Counted from the stretch's first letter, positions 11,332 through 21,924 are shown. The stretch is DNA of 64,000 nt from Candidatus Altiarchaeota archaeon (GCA_016931955.1 JAFGDV010000012.1:37510-101509), one strand, 5' to 3'. The notes: a model not told the origin generated them from the letters alone. Translations and numbers: made by a program.

Positions 11332-12789
11332 TCAATCACGCTTTTTCCAAACATACATTCCTTCCGGGATTCTAGAATCATTCAGCTGATAATAGTCTTT
11401 CTCTAAGAGTAGATCTTCTGCTTGCTGAACCTCATCGAACTCAAAATCGCTGAGTAGGACTATTGGGGGTTTATTCTCTACTAAGATTTCGTTAAATTCT
11501 GTTAGATTAATTGTAACTAGTACAGATCTATCAGAGTAGTATTTCAAAAAATCTTCTCGTTCAAAGGTGGTTGCTAGAACCAGATCATCTGGATTTGATA
11601 CAACATTTATATACCTAGCTACATCCCTTATCTCTCCATGATACGCACTATTACCATGCATACCAATTACTCCATATACCGAAAAAATCACGAACAGAAC
11701 GAGAATAGGGAAATGGACATTTTTTGGCAGCATCTGAAGCCCTAATGCCGCAGAAATGATGAAAGGCGGAACTAGGGAGTACAAGAAGTAATCGTGTTCA
11801 TATACGGCTCCGGGCATCAAGACAAAAAACATCAAGCCATAGGCAAATAATATTAGAATGATTGAATTTTTGAATAATTTTTCTTTATCATCAAACTCAA
11901 ATTTCTTTGTTAAAGCATTCCAAAACCAGATGAATGATAGTGTAAGAACAATAAACCCGACTTGACTCATAAATCGGTCAAGAAAAACTCGGTAAAAACT
12001 AGGGGATAATAGTAATTCTAATCCTAAGTATTTATCTACTGCACTTGATAGATGAGCTACATTACCAGATAAGAGATTTATATGTAGCATATTAATCAAA
12101 AATGCAATAAATGCAACTATGGGTATCAAAGAGAATAGTTTGATATTAACTTTAGACCTAAACAGAATCGAGACCAAAAAGAATAAAAACACAAAAGGTA
12201 GGAAATAGTGGGAATCAAGTCCACCAAATAGGGTAATCAGGATAAGATAATAAAAATATTTTTTCTCATTATCCTCTATCCATTTGATAAATAAATAGAT
12301 AAATAAAAACTGAAAAAATAAACCTATGGGGAAACCAAACCGATCAAAATATACTGCTTCAGGAACAACCGCTAAGAAAATTGTTGATATAAGAGCAGTA
12401 TTTTTATCCCAAATTTTAGAGACAATAGCATAAAGGAGGATTATATTAGCTAACCCAAAGAGTATATAGGGTAAACGAATGGTCCACTCGTTAACACCTA
12501 GAATCATATGGAATAATGACAGGAGTATAACACCAAATTGGGGGTAATTAGAATAGTATATAAGTTTACCATCAATTACGTTGGTTACCGCCCCAAATTT
12601 AGTTTCTAAAAAACCATATCTTAGGTGATTTCTCTCCACCACACCCAATTGAGCGCCCATTAAATCATGATGTCCTACAAAACTCTCTGTTATCTCATAT
12701 GACCTAAACAACAAGCCAAGTACCAAAACTAGGAGAAGAGCCTTATTTTTAAAAAGGAATCTTTTAAGTTTACTAATCACGTTATCCAT
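11332..12789 (-). CDS. GT-C membrane glycosyltransferase (GT39/ArnT/PMT-like)
   Basis: 485-aa polytopic protein with an ArnT/PMT_2-like N-terminal region. Lies next to a polyprenyl-phosphate sugar synthase. Confidence 0.45.
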   Translation of the reverse strand: MDNVISKLKRFLFKNKALLLVLVLGLLFRSYEITESFVGHHDLMGAQLGVVERNHLRYGFLETKFGAVTNVIDGKLIYYSNYPQFGVILLSLFHMILGVNEWTIRLPYILFGLANIILLYAIVSKIWDKNTALISTIFLAVVPEAVYFDRFGFPIGLFFQFLFIYLFIKWIEDNEKKYFYYLILITLFGGLDSHYFLPFVFLFFLVSILFRSKVNIKLFSLIPIVAFIAFLINMLHINLLSGNVAHLSSAVDKYLGLELLLSPSFYRVFLDRFMSQVGFIVLTLSFIWFWNALTKKFEFDDKEKLFKNSIILILFAYGLMFFVLMPGAVYEHDYFLYSLVPPFIISAALGLQMLPKNVHFPILVLFVIFSVYGVIGMHGNSAYHGEIRDVARYINVVSNPDDLVLATTFEREDFLKYYSDRSVLVTINLTEFNEILVENKPPIVLLSDFEFDEVQQAEDLLLEKDYYQLNDSRIPEGMYVWKKRD

Positions 12790-12897
12790 CCCCAGTTATT
12801 AGAATATCTATGCTATATATAGATAGTTCATTAATATATAAAAACTGCGCATATATTATCATACATTATCCCATAACTTTATAATTTAAATAAACAA

Positions 12898-13788
12898 ATG
12901 ACATATAAAAACCAAAAAATAATTGCTATTGTCCCAGCATACAACGAGGAGGCAACCATCGGTAGCGTTGTACTAACTGCCAAGAACTATGTGGATAAGG
13001 TGGTTATAGTAGATGATGGTAGCAGTGATAAGACTTCCGCGATCGCTGAACTTGCTGGCGCTGAGGTTGCTAGGCATGACGAAAATATGGGCTATGGCGC
13101 AGCTATTAAAACTTGTTTTGATGTGGCGAAAAAATATAATGCTGATGTTATGGTCACATTGGATGGCGATGGTCAGCATAATCCCAGTGAGATAACAAAG
13201 GTGGTAAAATCTATAATCAATGGAGAAGCTGACATCGTTATTGGGTCGAGATTTTTGGGTAAGTCAAGCCGTATTCCGGGATACAGGAAATTCGGCATAA
13301 AGTTTCTGAATAGGATGACAAATCTATCCTCAAGAAAGGTTTCTGATACGCAGAGTGGTTTCAGAGCTTATTCACGAAAAGCAATCAACAGCTTGAGGTT
13401 AAATGAATCAGGCATGGGTATCGGCTCGGAGATATTAATGAACGCCCAAAAGCTTGATTTGAAGATAGAAGAGGTTCCAATCTCTGTCAGGTATGATGTA
13501 AGTAAGCCTTCTCAACATCCATTATCTCATGGAGCTAGTGTTTTGGGTACAGTTTTGAGTTATATTGAAGAGAAACGTCCGCTTGAGTTCTTTGGCTTAA
13601 TAGGCATATTATGCTTAACATCCGGCGTCGGTTTAGGTTTTTGGGTTTTTCAAAGATACAATGAAGTACATCAGCTTGCTACTGGAAGTGCTGTAATAAC
13701 GGCCATTCTTGTGCTTACCGGAATCCTCTCTATTTTTTCGGGGATCATAATTCACACAATCGTAAGTTCTCTCAGAATAAAGGAATAA
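12898..13788 (+). CDS. GT2 polyprenyl-phosphate sugar synthase (Dpm1/GtrB/ArnC-like) with a C-terminal two-TM anchor
   Basis: IVPAYNEEATIGSV…VDDGSSDKT…, followed by two C-terminal hydrophobic helices. Confidence 0.7.
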   Translation: MTYKNQKIIAIVPAYNEEATIGSVVLTAKNYVDKVVIVDDGSSDKTSAIAELAGAEVARHDENMGYGAAIKTCFDVAKKYNADVMVTLDGDGQHNPSEITKVVKSIINGEADIVIGSRFLGKSSRIPGYRKFGIKFLNRMTNLSSRKVSDTQSGFRAYSRKAINSLRLNESGMGIGSEILMNAQKLDLKIEEVPISVRYDVSKPSQHPLSHGASVLGTVLSYIEEKRPLEFFGLIGILCLTSGVGLGFWVFQRYNEVHQLATGSAVITAILVLTGILSIFSGIIIHTIVSSLRIKE

Positions 13789-13798
13789 TTCAAAGAAG

Positions 13799-14767
13799 AT
13801 GTATCCTTTAGTTTCAGTAGTTGTTGTAGTCTATAATGAAGAAAAATATATCCAAGGATGTATTGAATCTCTGTTGAGATTAAACTATCCAAAAAATCGA
13901 TATGAAGTTGTTGTGGTTGATGGCATGTCAACTGACAGAACACAAGAAATTGTTAAGAAGTACCCAATTAAGCTTGTAATCAATAAAGCTAGATTTTGTC
14001 CACCTGGGAGGAATCTTGGCGTTGAAAATGCGAGAGGGGATTATGTGGCGTTCACTGATGGGGACTGTGAGGTCGATGTTAACTGGTTGAAAACTTTGGT
14101 TGATGAAATCAGGAAATGCCCAGATGAAGTGGTTTCTGTGGGTGGTCCGAATCTTGTATTTGAGACTGATTCTCTTCTTGCCAGAACGATTGGACACATG
14201 CAGGAAACGTATTTAGGTTCTGGTGGCTCGGCACAATCATATAAGATTGATGAGCCCCGTTATGTTGAATCAATCCCCACTTGCAATATACTCTACAAAA
14301 AAGAGATTTTAGCAAAGGAGAGATATGATGATGAACTCAAAATTGGCGAAGACGCTGAACTGCATTTTAGGTTGAGGCGACTAGGATATAAATTTTTGTA
14401 TCTGCCAAACGCTATTGTATGGCATCACAGACGAAGTAAAATAGTGAATTTCATTGGGCATATATGGACATATGGGAAGGCTATGGGGGGGGTAACGAGA
14501 AAACATAAAAAAATCATAAGATTTTATGCCTTTTTACCTCCTTTGGCGATAATTGCTTTGATATTAGCATACCCTCTAATACTTTATTTTCCACTGATTA
14601 TTTGGATATATCTACTAGGGATTGGCATATATTCCATTGCTTTATTGATATCATCATTGCAAGTCTACAATAGGATAGGTATAACTGGGTTTATACTAAC
14701 CATGCTACTATTACCCCTACAGCATTTTATTTATGGGGTTGGGTTTTTAATGGGGGCATTATTATGA
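13799..14767 (+). CDS. Glycosyltransferase family 2 with a C-terminal membrane domain
   Basis: VSVVVVVYNEEKYIQGCIESLL…DGDCEVD…, with a hydrophobic C-terminal ~80 aa. Confidence 0.65.
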   Translation: MYPLVSVVVVVYNEEKYIQGCIESLLRLNYPKNRYEVVVVDGMSTDRTQEIVKKYPIKLVINKARFCPPGRNLGVENARGDYVAFTDGDCEVDVNWLKTLVDEIRKCPDEVVSVGGPNLVFETDSLLARTIGHMQETYLGSGGSAQSYKIDEPRYVESIPTCNILYKKEILAKERYDDELKIGEDAELHFRLRRLGYKFLYLPNAIVWHHRRSKIVNFIGHIWTYGKAMGGVTRKHKKIIRFYAFLPPLAIIALILAYPLILYFPLIIWIYLLGIGIYSIALLISSLQVYNRIGITGFILTMLLLPLQHFIYGVGFLMGALL

Positions 14768-15840
14768 AAATAATAACAGTTTTGGGGACTAGGCCTGAAA
14801 TAATTAAACTAAGCCCTTTAATACCCTTGCTTGATAAAAAATTCAAGAATATAGTCGTCCATACAGGCCAACATTATAATTGGGAGATGGACAAGGTTTT
14901 TTTCAAGGAATTGGATCTACGAGAGCCAGATTATAACCTGCATGTTGGTTCAGGGAATAGTGCGTATCAGATAGGTACAATAATCCTTAGATTAGAAAAA
15001 ATAATTAAAAAAGAAAAACCAAACGCAGTTATTGTTTATGGGGATACAAATACTACATTGGCTGGAGCACTAGTCGGCTCAAAGATGAATTTAAAAGTAA
15101 TCCATATAGAAGCAGGATGCAGATCAAGAAATAGAAAAACACCCGAAGAGATAAATAGGATACTGACGGATCACTGTTCAGATATGTTGTTCAGCATAGA
15201 CGAAGAGAGTTATAGAAACCTGATTGATGAAGGAATTGATAAAAAAAGAATATTCTTAAGTGGAAATACAATTACTGAGGTGCTTTCTAGGAATAAGAAA
15301 CTCAGTAAGAAATCAAAGATACTAAGGGATCTTGGCTTAAAAGAGAGGGAATACGCTGTTGTTACAATGCACAGAGCAGAAAATACTTCAAAAGAAAACA
15401 TCAAATGCATTATAAAGGCGCTAAATGAAATCTCCAAGGAGAGTGATATTGTATTCCCAATACACCCAAGGACTAAAAAAGTTATTTGTTCTAACAAAAT
15501 TCAGGTTTCTAAAAAGATAAAGATAACAGAGCCTCTGGGGTATCTAGATTTTATAAAGCTCTTATCTAACGCCCTATTTGTAATGACCGACAGCGGTGGG
15601 ATTCAAGCAGAAACAGTCGAATTAAACATTCCATGCTTAGTATTGAGAAATGAAACAGAATATAACGAATATATTCGCTTGGGTAAAATAATATTGGCTG
15701 GAACCGACACGAGGAATATAATAAAAGCTTCAAAGAAATTGAGTATAAGCCATGAGAAAATAAGAAAAATAAAGTATAAACCCAAAAAAAACGCATGTAA
15801 AAAAATAATAGAAGCAATAGAAAGCATGAGTACATATTAA
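14764..15840 (+). CDS. wecB: UDP-N-acetylglucosamine 2-epimerase (non-hydrolysing)
   Basis: MKIITVLGTRPEIIKLSPLI…HTGQHY… is a canonical WecB/MnaA N-terminus. 358 aa. Confidence 0.75.
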   Translation: MKIITVLGTRPEIIKLSPLIPLLDKKFKNIVVHTGQHYNWEMDKVFFKELDLREPDYNLHVGSGNSAYQIGTIILRLEKIIKKEKPNAVIVYGDTNTTLAGALVGSKMNLKVIHIEAGCRSRNRKTPEEINRILTDHCSDMLFSIDEESYRNLIDEGIDKKRIFLSGNTITEVLSRNKKLSKKSKILRDLGLKEREYAVVTMHRAENTSKENIKCIIKALNEISKESDIVFPIHPRTKKVICSNKIQVSKKIKITEPLGYLDFIKLLSNALFVMTDSGGIQAETVELNIPCLVLRNETEYNEYIRLGKIILAGTDTRNIIKASKKLSISHEKIRKIKYKPKKNACKKIIEAIESMSTY

Positions 15841-15880
15841 AAACCGTGAGGATTATCAAGATTTTTATCCAATAGATAGA

Positions 15881-17002
15881 ATGACTACTAAGGTATTATT
15901 TGTCAGATCAAATCCTGTTAATCCGGAGCCTAGAGTCGAAAAACAAGCACTTGCACTTGCTGAAGAAAATTTTGACGTCAACATCCTAGGGTGGGATAGA
16001 GAGGGTAGCCATCAGAGGATAGAACATAGAAACGAGTACACGATAAACAGGTTCCGACTTAAATCCAGTTATGGTTCTCTAAAACTACTTTTTTATATCC
16101 CTATCTGGTGGTTTTATGAATTTTATTATTTGATGACACGAGAATGGGATATAATACACGCTTGTGATTTTGACACATTATTGCCTGCAATAATTGCAGC
16201 AAAAATAAAAAAAAGGAGAATAGTTTACGATATTTTTGATTTTTACTCAGGCATGATTCCCACAGGAATCCCAGAAATAGTTATAAAAATCATCACTTTT
16301 TTAGAAAACTCCTTTCCGAGATTTGCGGATTTTGTCATTGTTCCAAATGACAGCATGACAAAACACATAAAAGGCATGAAGTCTAAGAGAATTATAACAA
16401 TCATGAATATCCCTAAAGACTTAGAGTATAACAATATGTTTATCAATTCTGAAAAAATCGATAAATTCCTGATATTTTATGGAGGTACATTTGGAAAAGA
16501 TCGCGGATTAGATGAGATAATAGGAATAGTCGAAGGTATAGATGATGTACAATTAGTTATTGCTGGTTATGGTGCTGACTCAGAAAAAATAAAAGATTTA
16601 TGCAACAATAGCAATAATTCAACTTTTATTGGTAGATTAAAATATGATGAGATTTTAGCTTATACACAAAAAGCAGACATGTTATTTGCATTATATGACC
16701 CAAATATAAAAAACAACATCTTCGCCAGCCCCAACAAATTATTTGAAGCAATGATGTTAAGTAAACCAATTATCGTCAGCGACAAAACATTTATGGCAGA
16801 TATTGTTAAAAAAGAGAGATGTGGTTTTGTTGTGGATTATAGAGATACTAATAGTATAAAAAACGCCATAATTAAACTCAGAGATGATCCCAAACTTTGC
16901 AAAGAATTGGGAAAAAATGGGGAAAACGCCCATGAAAAAAAATACAATTGGGATATTATGAAAAAAAGATTGCTAGAGATTTACAATTCTTTAAAAGAAT
17001 AG
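15881..17002 (+). CDS. Glycosyltransferase, GT4-like
   Basis: 373-aa GT-B-like fold. Confidence 0.5.
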   Translation: MTTKVLFVRSNPVNPEPRVEKQALALAEENFDVNILGWDREGSHQRIEHRNEYTINRFRLKSSYGSLKLLFYIPIWWFYEFYYLMTREWDIIHACDFDTLLPAIIAAKIKKRRIVYDIFDFYSGMIPTGIPEIVIKIITFLENSFPRFADFVIVPNDSMTKHIKGMKSKRIITIMNIPKDLEYNNMFINSEKIDKFLIFYGGTFGKDRGLDEIIGIVEGIDDVQLVIAGYGADSEKIKDLCNNSNNSTFIGRLKYDEILAYTQKADMLFALYDPNIKNNIFASPNKLFEAMMLSKPIIVSDKTFMADIVKKERCGFVVDYRDTNSIKNAIIKLRDDPKLCKELGKNGENAHEKKYNWDIMKKRLLEIYNSLKE

Positions 17003-17074
17003 GATAGCTACGGTTACAAATACAAATGTGTGTTGTCACATAACTCTTTTGTCTTATCACTACAGCGTAAATTC

Positions 17075-18304
17075 TCAATTTCTTCTTAACAAAACTAACT
17101 GTGTTAAAAAGAATAATATATTAACGCCAAACAAAATCCAGATTATGTTATCCAATGTTAGATGATATAAAAGAATAAACACTATCTCAAATGTTGTTAT
17201 TGCCAATAGATAGGGGATAAATCCTGTTTTCTTTAATGCTAGGTTGTAGTTCACTAGAAGCGTATTTACGCCTATGGGTAGCATTGCAACACCCAAGAGT
17301 TGTAATAAAGGAACTGAGTTAAGGTATTCTGGGCTGAATAAAACCCCTATAATAAATCTCGGGAAAAACCAAAAGACTGCCGCTACAAGAATTGACGTAG
17401 TTAAAACATAAAAAATGCTTGCGCTTAATATCCCTTTCGTTTCCTCGCCTTTCGCATAAACCTCAGAGACCTTAGGAAACATAACCATACAAACAGACGA
17501 AGTCACAAAAAGAATCAATCGCGCCATCGTCAAAGCAACATTATAAAAACCAGTCTCCTGAGAACTAAAAAAGTGTTTAACAAACACGGTTGGAGCCTCA
17601 ACCATAACAGTCATACAAAAGAGAGTTAAAAGAACAGGCCACGTATATTTGTATATGGCTGATATATCTATACTGTTATCTGATCGATCAAACAAAAACT
17701 TTAGGGGGATGAAAGCTATCAAAAAAGCAAAAAGATAACCCAAACCATAAGCAAGAAGAGCCCCATTAACACCCAAACCAAAAAAAACAAGGACTACTCC
17801 CAAAACCAATCTTGCTACAGACTCCAGAGAAAAATTCAAACCCAGTTGATTAAAGTCTTGTATGCCACGAAGAACCCCCCGATTAACAGGTAAAACAACA
17901 GCGAACACAATAGAAAAACCAACAATGACTACCGGTGTGATAGAGGGCAACTTCATGAAATCAGCAATAAACCAACTCAACAATAAGACAATAAAAAAGC
18001 CTAAAAAACCATACCTAGAGAGCTTTTTTATAGCTGAAAACATAAGAGAATTGATCTTCCCATACTGTTCTTTAGCCTTAAACTCGGAAACGAATTTGGT
18101 TATAACGGTAGTTATTGTCCCAGACGGAACTGCAAAGATCATAAGCAACGCCAACATGGAACCCAAGATACCATAGTCAGCAGGCCCTAAAGCCCTTGCC
18201 ATATAGATGTGATAGATGTAAGCGAAGAGATTGGCTATTACTGTGGCTATAAACATGATACCAGATTGCTTCATAAGTTGTTTAGACATGTTCTGTATCA
18301 CCAC
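17075..18304 (-). CDS. Polysaccharide biosynthesis / flippase family membrane protein (MOP)
   Basis: 409 aa with about 12 TM helices. Confidence 0.6.
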   Translation of the reverse strand: MVIQNMSKQLMKQSGIMFIATVIANLFAYIYHIYMARALGPADYGILGSMLALLMIFAVPSGTITTVITKFVSEFKAKEQYGKINSLMFSAIKKLSRYGFLGFFIVLLLSWFIADFMKLPSITPVVIVGFSIVFAVVLPVNRGVLRGIQDFNQLGLNFSLESVARLVLGVVLVFFGLGVNGALLAYGLGYLFAFLIAFIPLKFLFDRSDNSIDISAIYKYTWPVLLTLFCMTVMVEAPTVFVKHFFSSQETGFYNVALTMARLILFVTSSVCMVMFPKVSEVYAKGEETKGILSASIFYVLTTSILVAAVFWFFPRFIIGVLFSPEYLNSVPLLQLLGVAMLPIGVNTLLVNYNLALKKTGFIPYLLAITTFEIVFILLYHLTLDNIIWILFGVNILFFLTQLVLLRRN

Positions 18305-18305
18305 A

Positions 18306-18473
18306 AAATAAATTGTATATAGTTATATGGAGAGAGATAATAACTAATCGGGTTTGAATCAATTGCCTTCTTATCCGTACATTTTATATTATATATAATT
18401 ATTTTCATACAATGTTTATATTTAAGCAATTCAATCCATATATTAGCATATATCACACACGCTCCAGGTATTT
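18306..18473 (+). promoter_or_regulatory. AT-rich promoter region with TATA-like boxes upstream of the surface-protein gene
   Basis: Contains ttttatattatatataat and gtttatatttaag immediately upstream of the 18474 ORF. Confidence 0.3.
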
Positions 18474-21400
18474 ATGCACGAAAATAAAAATAATTTAAAA
18501 CAAGAGAACATGCGAAAAACACTCTACTTGATAATAGGCATACTAATAACAGTCAGCCTAGCTAACGCACAATGTGGATATTCTGGAACAGGAGACTGGA
18601 TTATAGATTCTAAGATTGATTGCAAGGACACATCGATTACATTAAACGGAAACATACTCATCAACACAGGAGGCTGGCTTAACGCAACCAATGTGTTTTT
18701 CACATTCAACAACACTGGTAAAGCCAACGAAACAACAAGAGGCACGGCACTTGAAGACGGAGGCAACCTGACTCTTGTGGACTGCCTTTATCAAAGCAAC
18801 GAACCAGTTGGTGGAACGGATATTGAAGACAACCCAGGCGGTTGGACTAACACATGGATCAATGTATGGAATGATGTTGGAAATGCAGACTGTAGGATAA
18901 TATTGAATAGAACAACCTTCAATGGCATAGGGATGCATCCCTTGAACATATTAAATAGTCGCTATGGCATCTACCCTATGGAGGGGCAGATGTGGGTGGA
19001 CAACTGCACATGCAATAAATCAGTTAACTGTTTCATTTCTACAGCAGATAGCACAAGAGGGGATAATAGAACAATTCGCTACTTGAAAAACAACAAATTT
19101 GAGAACATAAGCACATTCCCCTATGTCTTCCTCTATGATGGAGACAGTGAAACAGAATACTTGGAAATAACAGGAAACACCTGGTATGGTAACACATACC
19201 GTATGGGGACACTTGATTACACTGAGAAAGTTAAGATATACGACAACACCGCAAGCGGCACACCCAACTATGGTTTCAGCAACAACGGAGCAAGTGATGT
19301 CTTGATATACAACATGAACATTTCAGGACCGCCAACAGCAGTAGAGTTAAATTCAGGAAACCATGACTTTGAGATATACAATCTGAATATAACAAACGGC
19401 GGAATAGGCTGCAACTACGGCAACCGCAACATAACAATACATGATGTAGACGTCACAGGTAAGAAAGCATTTGTAGGAAGCACCGCAGTCGCAGGAAGCC
19501 CAAACTACAACAACCACTTCTACAACATGACATACACATTTGTTTTCGGGGCAGACATAGTAGGCTACCTGATAGCCTACACAGGAGAAAACTCAACAAT
19601 AGAGGACATCACAATAGTTGGGTCTCCCACAGACCAGACAGCGATAACCACAAAACACGCCACAGGAGGGACTGGGGGAAGCGAATACTATGTTAAAAAC
19701 GTCACATATGAGGACATAAGCATAGACAACATCAACACAGGCATCCGGATGAAATACTTCAACGACAGCACATTCAGAGACATCAGGATGACCAATGTGA
19801 ACAGCTACAACATCTACTTCTCAGGGAACAACTACCGAAACAGATTCATCAACGTCACACACGACAGCGTTTTCTTCGACAACAACGACGACGTATTCGA
19901 CTACTACAATTATCTTTCGGTGAATGTGACCGGTGACAACGTGTGGGGGATAGAAGTGTATAATAGGACTAGCGATTTGTTAACGAGCGGATCCACGACG
20001 ACGGGGAAAGTCGAGAAACTAGAAGTCAACGAATTCAAGCAGACCAAGGTGGCGACAAATTTACAGTATCCGCACACGATCAAGGTAACAGGATTGGTGG
20101 CGGACACGGACTACAACGTCACAGTAAACGGAGCATACAGTCAAACAAAAAAGACAGACGCACTGGGAGTACTGACATTCCAAGAGAATATAACAGACAA
20201 CACACGGATGACACTGAAGGCGACAACAGACGTATACCCGCCATTCATCACGATCATTACACCACAGAACACAAAATACGCGCAAGGAGCGCTGACGGCG
20301 GAGATCAGCTTAGACGAAGACGGAGACTGGTGCGCATACTCACTAGAAGGAAACCCCAACAAAACAATGACAGGAGCAGGAAAAAGCTGGACAACACTGC
20401 TCACAGAACTCGCGAAGATAGAGTACAGCATAAAGTTCTGGTGCAATGACACACAAGGACACATGGGGTCATCCGAGAAACGATATTTTACGATAGTAGA
20501 ATGCCTGGCAGACGGAGACTGCGGCATAGGACAATACTGCAACACAGGAGATGAGTGCAAAGACAAAAAAGGAGACGGAGCACCATGCAGTGCAGATAAG
20601 GAGTGCACGTCAAATGAATGCTGCCATTCAATATGTAGAAGTGTGTGCCCCTACTGCGGAGACGGATACTGCGACGGAGGAGAAACATGCGGAACATGCC
20701 CGCTAGACTGCACCTGCGCACCCGGAGGCGGACCAGGAGGAGGAACAGGAGGATCCGGAGGAGCCATCGGGACAGGAGGAATAGGGGCGAACTGCTTCGA
20801 CGGGATAATGAACCAGGGAGAAACCGGAATAGACTGCGGAGGACCCTGCAAGGCATGTCCTAGTTGCATGGACGGGATACTGAACCAAGGCGAGACCGGA
20901 GTAGACTGCGGAGGACCCTGCGGAGAATGCGCCATCGGAGCGACAGCGGCAAGCTGCTATGACAGAATAAAGAACCAGGGAGAACAAGGAATAGACTGCG
21001 GAGGACCCTGCAAGGCATGCAAGACAGGGAACATATTACAGGAGAAATTCATGATAGGGTTAAATCATCCCAGTGAAGTGGAAGCAGGAGACCACTACAC
21101 AGTAGGAGTGACAGTAGAGAATACAGGAGACACCACACTAAAAGAACTGAACGTGAAAGTAGGCAGCCAGATAAAGACAACCGACTTAGATCTGACAGAG
21201 AAAAAGACAGTGGAATTCCAACTAACCGCGCCACGAGAAGAAGGAGAATACATGATAAAAGTAGAAGCATACAATGGAACCCTAAGAGAAGAAGAACAAA
21301 CAAAGATACAAGTAAAGCCAACCCCGCTGACGCTGAGAGCCACAACAGTAGACAACACAACATATATTATAACGCAGACCAATTACACCGACGCAGTGAT

Positions 21401-21665
21401 AGAATTAATAATCACAAGAGAAAACAAAACAGTATACTGGGACTACATAAGCGAAGAAGAACACATAACACAGATACAGGCAGGAAACTACCAAGTACAA
21501 GCCAACCTCAGAGTAGACGGAAAAACACTGAAAACCAAACAAATAACGCCGACCACAGAAAAAGAAACAATACCCGAAGACATGACCACGATACTGGCAA
21601 TACCGTTACTGATAATAAACCTCGCTTTATTAGGAAGCATCACCAAAAAAATAATAAGAAAATAA
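18474..21665 (+). CDS. Secreted, heavily N-glycosylation-sequon-rich surface protein (S-layer-like) with Cys-rich repeats and a C-terminal TM anchor
   Basis: 1063 aa. Signal-peptide-like MRKTLYLIIGILITVSLANA (probable start at 18510). Dozens of N-x-S/T sequons. Beta-helix-like N/T/Y-rich body. Gly-rich linker. Three C-x7-NQGExG-x-DCGGPC-x2-C repeats. C-terminal LAIPLLIINLALLGSITKKIIRK anchor. Confidence 0.6.
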   Translation: MHENKNNLKQENMRKTLYLIIGILITVSLANAQCGYSGTGDWIIDSKIDCKDTSITLNGNILINTGGWLNATNVFFTFNNTGKANETTRGTALEDGGNLTLVDCLYQSNEPVGGTDIEDNPGGWTNTWINVWNDVGNADCRIILNRTTFNGIGMHPLNILNSRYGIYPMEGQMWVDNCTCNKSVNCFISTADSTRGDNRTIRYLKNNKFENISTFPYVFLYDGDSETEYLEITGNTWYGNTYRMGTLDYTEKVKIYDNTASGTPNYGFSNNGASDVLIYNMNISGPPTAVELNSGNHDFEIYNLNITNGGIGCNYGNRNITIHDVDVTGKKAFVGSTAVAGSPNYNNHFYNMTYTFVFGADIVGYLIAYTGENSTIEDITIVGSPTDQTAITTKHATGGTGGSEYYVKNVTYEDISIDNINTGIRMKYFNDSTFRDIRMTNVNSYNIYFSGNNYRNRFINVTHDSVFFDNNDDVFDYYNYLSVNVTGDNVWGIEVYNRTSDLLTSGSTTTGKVEKLEVNEFKQTKVATNLQYPHTIKVTGLVADTDYNVTVNGAYSQTKKTDALGVLTFQENITDNTRMTLKATTDVYPPFITIITPQNTKYAQGALTAEISLDEDGDWCAYSLEGNPNKTMTGAGKSWTTLLTELAKIEYSIKFWCNDTQGHMGSSEKRYFTIVECLADGDCGIGQYCNTGDECKDKKGDGAPCSADKECTSNECCHSICRSVCPYCGDGYCDGGETCGTCPLDCTCAPGGGPGGGTGGSGGAIGTGGIGANCFDGIMNQGETGIDCGGPCKACPSCMDGILNQGETGVDCGGPCGECAIGATAASCYDRIKNQGEQGIDCGGPCKACKTGNILQEKFMIGLNHPSEVEAGDHYTVGVTVENTGDTTLKELNVKVGSQIKTTDLDLTEKKTVEFQLTAPREEGEYMIKVEAYNGTLREEEQTKIQVKPTPLTLRATTVDNTTYIITQTNYTDAVIELIITRENKTVYWDYISEEEHITQIQAGNYQVQANLRVDGKTLKTKQITPTTEKETIPEDMTTILAIPLLIINLALLGSITKKIIRK
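20793..21020 (+). repeat. Intragenic triplicated Cys-rich module (identical 32-mers ggaatagactgcggaggaccctgcaaggcatg at 20826 and 20989)
   Basis: Direct nucleotide repeats encoding NQGETGIDCGGPCKAC three times. Confidence 0.6.
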
Positions 21666-21666
21666 A

Positions 21667-21918
21667 ATGTACATACCCTACCTAAACATAGACATAGACC
21701 TAATATGGCTGCTAGTGCTAGGAAACATGGGAATGATACTAGCACTAATACTGATACTAATAGAACTACAACAAGTAAGAAAACTGAGGAAAGCATTCGA
21801 ACACATGTTCGGACACTACGAAGAACTAATGGAAAAAGACACCAAAATATTCTGGAAAGAACTGGAAGAACTAAAATACATAATAGGAGCAAACAACAAC
21901 AAATCAACTGAACAATGA
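21667..21918 (+). CDS. Small membrane protein (hypothetical)
   Basis: 83 aa. N-terminal TM helix plus a charged tail. Shares the A/C-skewed composition of the island. Confidence 0.25.
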   Translation: MYIPYLNIDIDLIWLLVLGNMGMILALILILIELQQVRKLRKAFEHMFGHYEELMEKDTKIFWKELEELKYIIGANNNKSTEQ

Positions 21919-21924
21919 AGCATA

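Noticed and set aside
20141-21382. Several 90-155-aa minus-strand ORFs inside the surface-protein gene
   Set aside because: They are antisense to a long, well-supported CDS and are Cys/Ser/Leu-rich low-complexity, so they are likely spurious.
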